64,000 nt of DNA from Malacoraja senta (Eukaryota): NCBI GenBank assembly GCA_038087875.1, contig CM075978.1:81530001-81594000 (forward strand). The letters run 5' to 3'. Shown piece by piece: positions 25,706 to 38,890 of the stretch. The notes beneath the pieces are model-generated. The model was given only the letters and a program-made list of their open reading frames with translations, did not search any database and was not told the DNA's origin. Position 1 is the first letter of the stretch. Each line of letters starts with the position of its first letter. Made by a program: the position numbers and the translations under genes.

Positions 25706-26763
25706 ACAGCCCAGGTCCGAAAGATTCTGTGAATGAAGAATAACTAATTTGGTGCCTTTAAAAAAGAAAAAAACAATTGGTTGGACTTACAAAAACGACA
25801 GTTATTTTAAGAACTGAGAGAAGCAAGATATGAAATGTTCCACTGAAGGGCATGATTGAGATCAAGATTTATCATGTGAAGATTAGAATTGTGAGAAGGG
25901 AAGACATGTAAATGTCATTGATAATTTTCCAAACAATGACAAATGATCACCAAGAGCAGAGTTGAATAAAGGATATTCCAAAATCACCAGTTGAATAGCT
26001 CTACTAAAAAAACATGCTGCAAAAAAATTCATTGTCTCTAATGTACTAAAATGCCTCAAAGCACCTTTATTCCTCTAGGAAATGTGTACGTACATTTGAA
26101 GGATTAGTTGTAGATTTGGTTTGATCGAGCAGGGAATCTACCTTACAGAGGTCATGGTAAAAACATAAAATCACATTGGTATCATAGGAGTCCAATTAAC
26201 ATTGAGTGACATTGCATCTGTTAGAATTTGCCTAGTACCTCATATGCTGCCAAAGTGGCAATATGATAAATAAATATTGGAGACATTCAAATTTTTACTT
26301 TTCTTCCACTTTATTTCAGAATAGTAGGGAGGCTCAAAATAATTACTTAAATCTTGAGGGCAAACATTAACTGATCATATGTCAATAGCTAGTTTGATAA
26401 ATCACAAAAAATGGACAATTTTTTCTTGTCTCAAGAATAAGAAAGTATCATTATTGATGTATGAGAAGGAGGTACCAAATATAATGTGCACTTTTGTTCT
26501 TTTTGTATAGTTATATTGCAAAGACACATCAGGCAAAATTAGCGATGCTAATTCTTTAAGGGCAATGTAAATAGGATTGACAATCCATTGAAAAGATGTT
26601 GGTTTATCTTTTCTGACTATTAATAAACTTTCATTTTGGTGCTTTTCCACCCTTGTTGAAATCTTCAGTGAACTGTGGTGGGTAGTCTGCCTTGGTTTTT
26701 CAAGGTGAATTAGAGATCTGTTCCTGCTTAAAATGTTTGCCTGCAAACATGGCTGATCTCATG

Positions 26764-26915
26764 TTTAGTTTAGTTTTGGTTATTGTCACATGTACCGAGG
26801 TACAGTAAAAAGGTTTTGTTGCGTGCTAACCAGTCAGCGGAAAGGACTCGTCCTTGATTATGCTGCTGGCCTTGCCGAGGCAGCATGAGGTATAAATGGA
26901 GTCAATGGAAGGGAG
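26764..26915 (-). mobile_element. Internally deleted Rex1/Babar 3' tail
   Basis: ttattgtcacatgtaccgaggtacagt...; tgctgctggccttgccgaggcagcatgaggtataaatgga is shared with 38250-38290. Confidence 0.75.
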
Positions 26916-28244
26916 TCAATGGAATGAGCTTAGTTTTGAAATTAAGGATGGCTAGAAAAATAAGTGGAGAGCACAGAATCCAGGGTTCAAGGACTTCCTG
27001 AATGAGTTGATATGTGCAGTTTGTCTTTAGAGAACAGATATGTTGGAAAATGGGTTGCAGGACCATTGTCACTCCCACGGACTTCATTTGCTTTTTCGTA
27101 TCCAGAGTCATGATGGCAGCAGCCCACACGTGTCCAACAAACTGTGACAGTAGGACATCATTTAGAGTTCTACTATTATATTTTAAATGGTGTGAGGCTT
27201 CTGCTTGTGCTGTAATCAAGAGCTGAGATATTAGCCATCAGGTGTACATCTTGGTGTTCTTCATAATGGTTTTGGAGACTGCTTCTTGCTTCAAGTTGGA
27301 ATGGTTGAGTTCCAAACTCTGCTTGGGTTTATGCCAGGTGCATACTGGACTCTTTGCTGGTGCTTTTCCAGAACAACCAGCATTTTTTCATATCTTTCTT
27401 TGTTACTGCCTGTATCATAATCCATCAAATTTGGTGCCCGAGTTCACCACAGCAGGATTATTATGTGACCTTGCCCTCCAGTTACCCTTGCCTGTTAACC
27501 AAGCTGATCATGAGTGCTAATTCTATTTCAAGCCCCTACTCCAAAATATGCATCTGAACTGGTGTCACAATGGAACACTGAGTGATGCGTGTCCATTGAT
27601 CGACATATTGCTGATATTGGATATCTAAAACGAGGATAGCAAATGTTACATAAGTAACCAATAATGTTATCAGCAACCTCAGTCTAAAGGGGCTGTGGAA
27701 TAAGAAAAAATATATATGTGGGCATCCTTATCTCCTGTAGGCTTTACAGCCACGAGACACCATGGACTCAGCAATGGGCCTTTGTAATCACCATCACCAT
27801 TTCCTCAAGGATACTTAGGATATGTAGGGCCCCCACCACATGATTTGTCACTTCCTTCAGTTGTTTCTTCTCTTAAAAGAAAGATAAGTAGATAACATGC
27901 AAAGCATTTGAAATGAAATTGCTGTTGAATTGACAATCTTCCAGTGTTTGTAAGTGCAACATTAATATTGGGAGCTTGTCTTGATTGACACAACTTGTCA
28001 ATAGGTGACTGACTGAGGTATAGCAGGTTGAGCACTGGGCTTGGGTCCTCATGTGTAATCAAATTTCCAAGACTGTATCCCTTTCAGTCATTGACCATTA
28101 CAGCTTGTTATTCCCAAAGACTTCACATTGGTCTGAATGGCTTCAGGCTCCTAAGTTTACAGGTGATGCATCCTCTTCCTCCACCACCAAAACCTCCTGT
28201 GATTTGCCTGAAAACAAATAGAAAATACAGAATAGAATATACAG

Positions 28245-28935
28245 AATAGTGACAGGCTTGGATAGAGTGGATGTAGAGAGGATGTTTCCACTAGTGGGAG
28301 AGTTTCAGACTAGAGGCCATAGTCTTAGAATTAAAGGACGTTCTTTTAGGAATGAGATGAGGAGAAATTTATTTTGTCAGAGGGTGGTGAATGTGTGGAA
28401 CTCTTTGGCACAGATGGCTGTAGAGGCTAATAGCCCTGTCCCACGGTGTGAGTTCATTCCAAGAGCTCTCCCGAGTTTAAAAAAAATCAAACTCGTGGTA
28501 AGCACGGAGAATGAACGTAGCGGGTACGTCGGAGCTCGGGGACGTCTCTTAGCGCTAACGGCAGGTACTCGGGAAGACTCGTTAACGGCAGGTAAGCACG
28601 GGAAGACTCATGAAGATTTTTCAACATGATGAAAAATGTCCACGAGAGCCCCGAGTACCGACGAGTGGCCATTACCGTAAATCTCCGAGTTCGAATCAGG
28701 GCAAACTTGGGAGAACTTGTGGAATGAACACGTACCATGGGACAGGGGTTTAAGTCTGGATATTTTTAAGGCAGAAATAGATAGATTATTGATTAGTACG
28801 GGTGTAAGAGGTTATGTGGAGAAGGCAGGAGAATAAGTTTAGGAGGGAGAGATAGGTCACCCATGATTGAATGGCGGAGTAGACGTGATGGGCCAAATGG
28901 CCATATTCTACTCCTATCACTTATGTCCTCATGAT
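28245..28935 (+). mobile_element. CR1 3' end interrupted by a MITE
   Basis: GLDRVDVERMFPLVGE..TRGHSL...; highly similar to 12850-13205. Confidence 0.92.
28431..28750. mobile_element. PIF/Harbinger-type MITE, 320 bp, TAA TSD
   Basis: TIRs tagccctgtcccacggt.../...accatgggacaggggtt; TAA at 28428-28430 and 28751-28753; CpG-rich. Confidence 0.9.
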
Positions 28936-31900
28936 CTTATAAAACCCCAGTGTCTGCCCTCTCCATGTCCGTATACTTCACTCTTTTCCCAGGTTAAAGT
29001 ATTTTGTATAATGGCTGCTGTTATCCACTCCAGCGTCAGTGTAAATTCCCTTCAAGTACCAACCTTTAAATAGTGTGATTTAGTAATGATTTTGACACTT
29101 CTGATGTGTGCAGGCACTGCCAGCTGCATGCAAAAATAATCATAACGAAGAAGCTGTACAAAATTGGCACGCAGCCTGCATTATACTATACAAACTCTGG
29201 TTAATTGTTTGTTACAAACCCAGCATTCCTTTTAGAAGGCTATCCAATTTAATTGCTGTTCAGTTAATATGTAGCCGTGCTTGGATTTTCACCTGCTGAC
29301 GAGTGGCTTCTAATGCTATAAAAAATATGTTTCAACCAATCCTATCTTATTTGATCAGTTCTTTTCACATGCTATGTAGTAATGGATCAAGGCGGGAGCA
29401 GAAAAGAAAGGTGCTGAAACCTTTCATTTACTGTGCGGAAACAAAAACATAATCTAAAATGCTTTCCATCAAGAAAAATACATTGGTACAAACATTTTGA
29501 AACCACCGAGCTGAGATAGGATGTATTTTGACAAATAATTCAGGCTTTAAGTTGATCACAACTATTGCTTCTGAGGTTACTTGAATGAAGTGCTTTGCAG
29601 TTCGCTTTCCCTAGTCAGTGTATTTCTTTTGATGCTCTTCCTGGGAAGGCCTTGGGGAGTTATTGGGTTTTTTTTTGCCTTTGGAAAGGATATTATTTCT
29701 GCATGGATACCAGTAGTTTAATCTGCTTTAGTTTTCACAATGGCTGTAAATCAAACTGGATTCTTGACTCGTGGAACAGCACCAAGATAGGCTACCTCTT
29801 TTTGTTGGCAAACTAAGAGTGAAATATTACAATTTGCAGCAACTATATTCATTTATCATTTCTGGGGGGAAAACACACTTTTAAGAATTAGTGTAAGACT
29901 GTCAAAGCTGATGCCTTCCCATCTTGAGTCAGCCTGTAAGTAGTGATGTGCTGTTGGATTAAAGCATTGAAGACTTTGTAATGTTGTTAATGTTGCTACC
30001 CCATAATGTTAAAGTGAGAATCCCAAGATAATGGTCCAGTGACCTTGGAGACATGGAGATGCTGTGCCCAAGTAAGCAAAGTGCAGTTTGTTCTCATTCC
30101 CATTGCTGCCCATTTAAGTCGGTCGTAGAGGTCAAAGGAAAGAAGAATGATGAATGAGTATGTTCCCTGCAGCAATGTTGTGCCAGTGTTGGAGGTCATC
30201 AATAATATATTTGGTGATGGGGACCATCTTTGTATATTCTTCTTAATACTGGTATATAGTTCATTCAATTGGTCTCTATATTTTCTGAATTTGTTGATTG
30301 TGGATGTAGCAGAGAGACTATTTCCTGCATTTGCTAATATATAAACAACCATTGAGAAGGAAACATTTCCACCCTGCCCTGTTTGAGTGAGTTGTAACAT
30401 TGGGTTTACTATTAGACTTGTGTTTCCAATTCTCAAGTCCAAAAAAGCGCTGAATGCAAAGGGAAGGTATTTCAAAATTAAAAACAAAATCTGCAGATGC
30501 TAAAACTCTGAAATAAAAAGTGCGGAAGGAAATTTAGGTTTACTGCTTTCAAAAAGAGTGAATTTGCTGCCACAGTTTATCGGTCACATTATTTTTGGCT
30601 CATTTAAACTCTGCCTTGGTGGCACCCTTTTTATGTTTAATCACAGTTAAGAGGTTCTTTTTGTGTGGGTCTTAAATAGAAAGACAAGATGACAGTGATT
30701 TACAAGAGTATGCATATGATGAGGAACCAGCTTTTAGAGACGAGATAATTTATGACTGCTGTTTTTTCATCTCAAAAGGAACCTTTCTGCTGATCCAATC
30801 AGTCACTAAATATTATCACAAAATACTTCAGTCTATTCCGTAGAAACTGACAAGTTCAGCGATTGACTCTCAGTGTGATACTACAGAGAATGGCTTACCA
30901 ATTAACTGACACTTCACTACAATCAGAAAATACCATGCACCTGCTCAATACATGTTTTTGTTGCAGCACTAACTCCACAGCTCCAATAACAAACAAAAAG
31001 GACAGGGAAGTCTTAGTGTCTGATTTATAGAAAAAATATTTTTAATATATTGGAACATTTATTTATTCTATACAATACATCATTTTAATGGCCATTACTC
31101 CCTAATAAACATTTAAAAAATAAAGCACAATATTCTCCCATTGATTCATTAAGATGTATGCCAGTAGAATATTTCCAATTTAACAATATCTGCAAATTAT
31201 TTTGCAAACCTCCTTGAGAAAAACTGGTGGAGTTAAAATTGGCTTAATATAGAGCATATTGTGGCTATTTCTAGTTATCTTAATGCCTGTTGGGAGAGTC
31301 AGTTCCAAGCTCTACATGCAGCAGCTGCATAGGTTTTCTTCTGTTCAAAACTCCCTAAGTGATGTCAACATTAGTTTACCATCCAAAATTTGTCTCCAGT
31401 GTGATTTTCTTTTTAAATCTCCACTAGACTGAATAATTGCAGTTTTTAGTCATTCACAGAACAACCAGATTTACAAAAACTGAACTCTTTGCCCTCAGTG
31501 TGACCTCCTGCAACATTAGATATGGCAGGATGGAAATGCCAGTATTTCTATTCATATACTTTTTGGATCCAGGTCATTCCTGGTTTCTGCTGATATTTGC
31601 CATATCTCATGGTTTACTTCTCAGTTCTAGAACTATAGATCCTAATGTACATGGGACTTCCACAAATTGCATAAGGGGGACCCGCAATGCAGTTTTAACG
31701 TATTTTAAAGGAAGTAATATCATTTCTAAGCTCCAATATTCATGCTGAATCATTAATAGAAATAGTTGAAGAAATAGCAGAGATTATACTTTATTATGCA
31801 ATCACAGATTTAAACTATTATAAAGGCGATTTTTGATTATTTTAATACACATTCTGTTTACCACTGTAATTTGCACATACTTAACTAACCACAAAACTAC

Positions 31901-33550
31901 CAAAATTAATTCGAAATTAGCACGTGCCCTCTGCCTTTCCACTGCCTTTCCGTCAAGAAGATTAAGAGGCTGGGGAAAGAGCAAATGCTAGCAGTGCCTG
32001 GAGGCCAAAGGTACAATTTGTGATTACAATTTCACCAGAAGGAAAAGGTGATTTGTTTTTGACATAATCTATAGAAAGACATATGTTTTATTTGGAACTT
32101 TGCAGTGCAAATGTGTAATTAAGTGCAGACTCAAGACCATGATTTGGAGTTCAGTTCCTAATTGATGCTATGGGCAGTAAAGACTGTGTGAGCAATGATT
32201 CATCTATAATGGCATTCTTAGTAATGCAAAGGTTCCTCTGTTCTTTGTCTCCAGTTTTACTTTACTTTATGGTCTTTGTTTTAATCTCATTCATGAAAGG
32301 ATAATATTATCAGTATTTATTCTTAAACAATTAATATAAAAGGATGAAGTAAGGACATTATTTCATTCCTTCCCTGCTACAAACTAAGTGCATTGCAGCA
32401 ATCTGAAACTGGCAGTCTGGTTGATGATTCTCCCATCCCATGGGGATAGGTCTGGCCATGACATGCAGCTGCTTTTCAGTGATGCAGTTGAGAATTTACT
32501 GGTGTGGAAACCTACAGGTGCGAACTTGTATCTGGTACCTTTCCATATTGATCATCTCAGTCTGTTCTTGTCAATGCTTTAAACCCTAATAAACTAATAG
32601 AATTCCCATCTTTTTATTTATTGCCTGCTTCAGAGTAGGTGAAAATCCTGAGAAATGGTAATGTTATTAACAGGACTTTTAAGTAATAACCGTGCTGGGA
32701 ATCTGAAAGGTGAACCCTCGGGAGGCAGGCAAAAAAACAAAAAGTGGTATTTCATCTCCATCTTCAAGCCATATTAATTGGAAAAAAAACTTTGGCAGAA
32801 TACTGAGGGAAACATTGGCAGTTTAATATCTATAAATTGAGTGGTCATGTAAAGTGGGCATTTTTGATCAGTCACAGAAACCAGTGGAAATGCAATTTAA
32901 TAGAGCTGTATGATAGCAATCTAATAATGCCTAGAATAAAACCTGTCCCCATTAGGTATAACTTAGTTCACACCAAGAGTAAAGAGATTAATATTAATGC
33001 TCATGCCACTACAACGTATGAACCACCATAGGTTTATTATTAGAATTTCTCTGCCATGAATTGTTGCCTTATTAATCTTGTGATTTATCTATTTTGGCTT
33101 GTATCTTGCTCGTTACATGGAGCTCGGGAGTAGATGGAGATGTCTGTATTTAGTTGTGGACTAAAGCAGAGGTTTTAGAATCCAAATCTAATGCTTGTAA
33201 AGTAAGAAATTTAATTATGGGACCCGAGAAGCTGAAAACACAAAATTACTACTTTTGTCTGTTTGTGGGGAATCCATTAGAGGAATAGCTTTTAATCATA
33301 TGTTTCCTGGAGATAGCACAGTGACAGCTCTTGCTGTGCACGTACATAAGCTAAAAATAAGGATATATAAAATAAATTGTGCGACAGAAACAAAACTGTT
33401 CTCTGCTGTAGATATGTATACTGGACATGAATTTGTTACATCACTGAAATGGAGCACACAGGTTCTGTTCAAGAAAAACAAAATATTTAAGGCAATGACA
33501 ATCAACCGATGTGTCAAAGTAATACATGGTGCATAATACAAAGAAATTAG

Positions 33551-33840
33551 GACAGTGCAGTGGCACAGTGGTAAAGTTGCTGAGTGCCAGAGACACCGGT
33601 TCGATCCTTACTCTGGGTTCTATTTGTACGGAGATTGTGCATTCTCCCTGTGACCACATCAGTTTTCTCTGGGTGCTTCTGTCTCCTCCCACATTCCAAA
33701 GACGTGCCGGTTTGTAGGTTAATTGGCTTCTGTAAAATTGTCCTCATGTGTAGGATAGAACTGATGTAAGGGTGATCGCTTTTCGGCGTGGACTTGGTGG
33801 GCTGAATGGCCTATTTCCACACTATCTCTAAACTAAAACA
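33551..33840 (+). mobile_element. V-SINE
   Basis: A-box, B-box ggttcgatcc, V-domain, (taaac)n tail. Confidence 0.92.
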
Positions 33841-35064
33841 AAATCAGGACTGTGGTGGAATTTCATAATTCATGAAATACATAACATGTGTAATACATTT
33901 CCTCTTGCCATGTGACACTAACCTTTGATCTACTCCATTATTATCGCTTGGTATTTTTGATGCCCTTTGTTCTTATTCCCCCAAAATTTTAGGTTGATGT
34001 TTGTCCTCCATTGCTTGTCTGAAACATGTAATAGGGCAACATCAGTGTATATTGTGTGGAACATATGTGACCTAAGATGAATTTCTTTCTCTCACTTGTG
34101 TCCTTTTAATTAGTTTTATTGAGCGTTTTTTTGTGTGCAAATGCACATGGCTTAGTTACAACAGTGCAAACATAACCATGGCTGATCACCAGTGCACTTC
34201 ACTCTGAAATTTGAAAATTATCAAAACTAATTTCCCAAACAAAATTCACTGAGACATTTCCGCCTTGTTCTTTCACTTCTACTTTTTTTAATATATGCAA
34301 CTTATAGAATTTAAAGTTTGTAAAAGCTATAGGTTTAAAAAATATATATTATTAATTCTTGTTCTGAAAAATATGTGAAATCATAAAGCTTTGTCTGTTG
34401 TAGCCATGTTCTGTTGATATTCTATTCTATGGTTTAGGCTTACATACAGTATTCTCTCAATGACTATCAAAAAAAAGTATTTTAAGCTGGTGATGTAGCA
34501 ACAGATGGTACACCTCGGAACTTTCTCATTGGCATAATGTATACTATATATTTGATATTTTATGGTATTAAATGAAATTACAATTTTACAGTTGTGTTGA
34601 TTTAAATTTATAAGTGACCTAATTAAAACAATGCAAAAATAGTGTGCTTTTTTTTCTATAATTTTAGGGTTTTGTTAATCATGAAGGTAAATAGAATATT
34701 TGGAAACCAAATCACTATTAAGAACGTGCAAAACTTGAAATAATTCATTTTCATAACAATCATAGTTGTCTACTATGACTGAGGTGTGAAATTGGTTCCA
34801 AACCTCACAGGATGGGCAGAATTATCAATGTGTAATCTCTCAGAAACATAATTAAAGGTCAAGTCTTCTGAAGGATTCTCTCAAATGGACAAAAGCAGCA
34901 ATCTTTGTTTTCAATTTCCACTATTCCTTTAATTGATTTCTTATTTTACCAGATAATTTGTGATCTATTTTGATCATGCCATGTCAGAATCACAAATTAT
35001 CATAATAGCCACCTTTAGCATACCAGTAAAATTGGATTATCAACAGATTTTGTTCTGAAAATCT

Positions 35065-35220
35065 TGGCTTCATAGAATCATACGGCGTGAAAACAGGCCG
35101 TTCAGCCCAATTTCCCCACGCCAACCAACATGCCCATTCACACTCATCACGCCAGCCTGTATTTGGGCCATATCGCTCTAAACCAATCCTATCCATGTAC
35201 CTGTTGAAATGTTTCCTTGT
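35065..35220 (-). mobile_element. CR1 3' tail
   Basis: catagaatcatac...aaacaggcc...cctatccatgtacctg. Confidence 0.8.
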
Positions 35221-35781
35221 ATTTGACTGTAATTAACTAAAAAAATAGAGTTCATAAAGCAATACACGTCCAAAGAAAACCTGATGTGGTGCCAAAGTTA
35301 CATTGGAGTATCAGATAGTGAAAAACTATTCGTAGTGGTCGGTCATAAAGTTATTAGCCTGACTATTGTTAAACTCAATACAAAAAAACAAAGAGAATGG
35401 TATGGAAGTTATTCAATAAATACAGGTGAATGTCAAGATATGGAATACACTACCAGAGGCAGTGATGGGAGCCAATTCAATACCTGAAAAAAATGATTTT
35501 ACAAATAATGGGAAGCAAGCTCACAAATGGGATTGTGAATTGACATTCCAGAGAAATCTAAACATAAACATTGGGGTGAAGTATTTTGTGCCTTAAAAGC
35601 CAATAATATAACAACAATCTCCTTCAATAGAAAATAAAACTGTCATAAATGACTTTTAGTAAATGACCATATTTCTGAATTACCTAAATATTTTCCTATT
35701 AACGTTTTAGGCATAATTGCCTGCAGAAATGTAGTAGTTTATGGGGAAATTGTTTGCTTTCCAGAAATAGGAATAGGAAAT

Positions 35782-35802
35782 TGTGTGTGTGTGTGTGTGT
35801 GT
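35782..35802. repeat. (TG)n microsatellite
   Basis: Seen directly. Confidence 0.95.
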
Positions 35803-37460
35803 CATCGTTGTCAGAGGTATTCATCATTGTCAGAGGTATCGGGACCCTCCCTCGACATTGATCCCGGGGGTGGGATGATGCCGGAGGAGAGGGAGCCTGA
35901 TGCTTGCACAGTGGGGTGAGTCAGCAAGGAGACTGTGGACGGATCTGCCGGGACTTATCAGGTCACTCGATGCAATCCTTGGCAGTAAAGAGAGTGGTCT
36001 TCCCGATTCTGAGGTGTCAGTTTGGGGACTTTTTGACGCTCCTAATAGAGAGGGGTCCCGCTCCCACGAGGAGTGTGAGGAAATAACCCTGGTGTGTTTC
36101 CAACATGGTTCACATTTGCTAGCCTAAACATAAAGGGGGGGGGGGTATTTTGTAGATTTCATCATCTATCAGTCCTCAGAGAGGGGAAATAAGCAGTGCG
36201 TTTTCTGCTATAGACGCATATTGTTGTCAGTGATGAACCTACCTGGCAACTGGAGTCGGGGGGGGGGGGGGTGTCTACATGAACCACACTAGCACAAATT
36301 CGAGTGGGGTGGCTTTCCTGTTGGCCCCGACTTTCCAGCCAGAGATCCTGAAGGTGCAGGAGGTTGTGCCAGGCCGTTTGCTCTATCTGGCCGTGACCTT
36401 GGATGGCATGTCGTTACATTTCATTAACGTGTATGCCCCAGCACTGGCAAGATGCAGGCGTGTCTACTTCATGAGGTGACTGCTCTGTTGAGCACTATTG
36501 ATTGCGGAAGAGTGTGTCTTCCTTGGGGGGGGGGGGGCTTCAATTGCACACTTGAGGTGTGGGAGGTTCCCGTATCGATTGCATGTACATCTCCGGAGCG
36601 TATGTCTCTCGTGTCTCGGCCGCCTCTATGCGGTCAGTGCCATGCTCGGACCACTGTCTGGTGCTAGTGGGCTTTATCTCAGCGTGCACACGGGCTGGGT
36701 CCGCGTACTGACACTTTAATAACCGGCTGCTGAAGGGTCATCGATTCCGGGAGTCATTCAGTCGGTTTTGGGAGAAATCGAGAGAGAGAGGCAGAGGTGC
36801 TTCCCTTCCCTTAGGCAGCGGTGGGATGTGGGAAAGGATTACATCCATCTCTTTTGTCAGGAATACACGTGGCGGTCGACTGGAAGGCGGGACGCAGCGG
36901 TCGAGCGACTCGAGAGGGAGTTACTCGATGGAGAGTCTTGCCTGGGTCGGATTGGTGAGGACTCCTGCGAGTGGGGAGAGTATCAGGAGAGGAAGGAAGC
37001 ACTGAGGGACCTGCTGCTTGAGCGGTCCCGAGGTGCTTATGTGCGGTCGCAGGTCCAGATGCTGCACGATCTGAACCGTGCTTCACCTTTCTTTTTCTCT
37101 CTGGAGAAAGGGCGGGGACCCCACAAACAGTTTGTCGAGCTGCTCGCGGATGATGGCTCCTTTATCACAGATCCACGGAGGGCCAGTGCTTTAGATTATT
37201 CCTTTTATGGGTCTCTGTTCTCCGCAGATGGATTCAGCGGGTCTTGTGGGAGAGTCTACTGACTGTAGATAGGGAGGTGTTTGAATTCCTTGATGACTCC
37301 TTATCATTGGAGGAGTTGACTCGTGCCTTGCACAAGCTCAGGAGGGGCAAGTCGCCAGGGCTGGATGGGCTGACGGTAGAGTTTTTTAGAGCCTTCTGGG
37401 ATGTCCTGGGGGGTGACTACGTGAAGGTCCTGGGGGAGAGCCTGGCAACCAGGGAGAGCG
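35803..37460 (+). mobile_element. Tx1-clade LINE fragment (probable ORF1 end, APE endonuclease and linker; frameshifted)
   Basis: FASLNI.G, SGVAFL, GRLL, INVYAP, GG.FN, SDH, WDVGK..I..FCQ.Y, RSRGAYVRS, FFFSLEK, GKSPGLDGLTVEFFRAFWDVLG. The RT core is missing. Confidence 0.9.
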
Positions 37461-37469
37461 CCTCCCTCG

Positions 37470-38011
37470 AGATCTTGGGGAGGTGAGGAGGGAGCATGGG
37501 GGGATTGAGGGAGTGGAGGAGGAAGATGGGGGAGGTGTGGAGGGAACCTGGGGTAGAAGGGGGAATAGATGGAGAGGTTGGGGGAGTGGGAGAGGTAGGG
37601 AGTGGGTAATAGAGGGAGAGGTGGGCAGTAGGGGAGGTGAGGAGGGATAGTGGAGGGGGATAGGGGGAGGTGAGGAATGGGGGAGGTGGGGGATAGAGGG
37701 ATAGGAGTGGGGTAGGGAGTGACTGTGGGTAGGGGAAAGGAGAGGGGGTGAGGGAGGGATTGGGGGAGGGGAGGAGGAGAGGGGAAAAGAGAGGGAGGGT
37801 GAAGAGGAGGGGAGGAAGTGCTGGGAATGAGGGGAAATGAGCAGCGCCTGCACAGTTGGGGGCTATAGGTGAGTGGTGGAATACTGCGTTGGGGGAATGG
37901 GTTACATTGGGGGAAACGGGCCAGTGTTAGAATATTGCGTCGAGGAACGGGTTGTGTTGGGGGACCAGTCCTCCCGTGTGACAGGGACCCAACGGGTTCC
38001 ACATAGTCTAG
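37470..38011 (+). mobile_element. Probable non-autonomous Helitron 3' portion with a G-rich tract
   Basis: Hairpin GGGACCC-AAC-GGGTTCC (37984-38000), 7 nt, then CTAG (38008-38011) followed by T. The 5' end was not identified. Confidence 0.55.
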
Positions 38012-38014
38012 TAA

Positions 38015-38890
38015 TAATGTGAATAATGTTTAGGACAGGAAAGTCCGATCAAAGATAGTCAGATGGTCTCCAATGCGATAAATAGTAGTTTAGGATTGCT
38101 CTCTAGTTGTTGGTAGGATGGTTTGACTGCCTGACAACAGCTGGGAAGAAACTATCCGTGAATCTGGAGGTGTGCATTTTCACACTTCTATATCTTTTGT
38201 ACGATTGGAGAGGGGAGGAGTGGCCAGGGTGCGACTCACCCTTGCTTATGCTGCTGGTCTTGCCGAAGCAGCATGAGGTATAAATGGAAGGGGGTTGGTT
38301 TGTGTGATGGTCTGGGCTGCATCCATAATTCATTGCAATTTCTTGCGGTCTTGGATTAAGGTGTTTCCAAACCATGCTGTGATGTATCCAGATAAAATGC
38401 TTTCGACGGCACATTTGTAGAAATTGGTGAGAGTTGTTAGGGAAATGCCAAACTTCCTCTACTACTTCTTTAGTAGAAGCATTGGTGTGCTTTCTCTGCC
38501 ATTGCTTCAATATTGGTGGTCCAGAAGAGGTTGTTGGTGATATTGACGCCTAGGAATTTTAAGTTTTCAACCATCTCTACTTCGGCGCTGTCAATGCAAA
38601 CCGGGGTGGGTGTACCACATTGCTTCCTGAAGTTGATCACTATCTCCTTTGCCACGCTGACATTGAGAGAAAGGTTGTTGTCTCGACACCAGGTCACAAG
38701 GTTCTCAATCTCCTTCCTGTACTCTATCTCATCATTATTTGACATCCATCCCACAATAGTGGTGTAGTGTGCAAATTTGTAAATTGAATTAGATTTGAAT
38801 TGGAATTAGATGGCTGCACAGTTGTGGGTGTACAAGGAGTATGAAAAGGGCTCAGAACCCATCCTTGCGGAACACCAATGTTGAGGAATA
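38015..38890 (-). mobile_element. Rex1/Babar-type LINE 3' fragment
   Basis: YRKEIENLVTWCRDNNLSLNVS..KEIVINFRK...KFLGVNI...KAHQ; DSFFPAVVRQ. Confidence 0.92.

Noticed and set aside
37304-38002. 232-aa and 155-aa Pro/Ser-rich ORFs
   Set aside because: They are artefacts of the low-complexity C-rich strand of the G-tract plus antisense Tx1 sequence.
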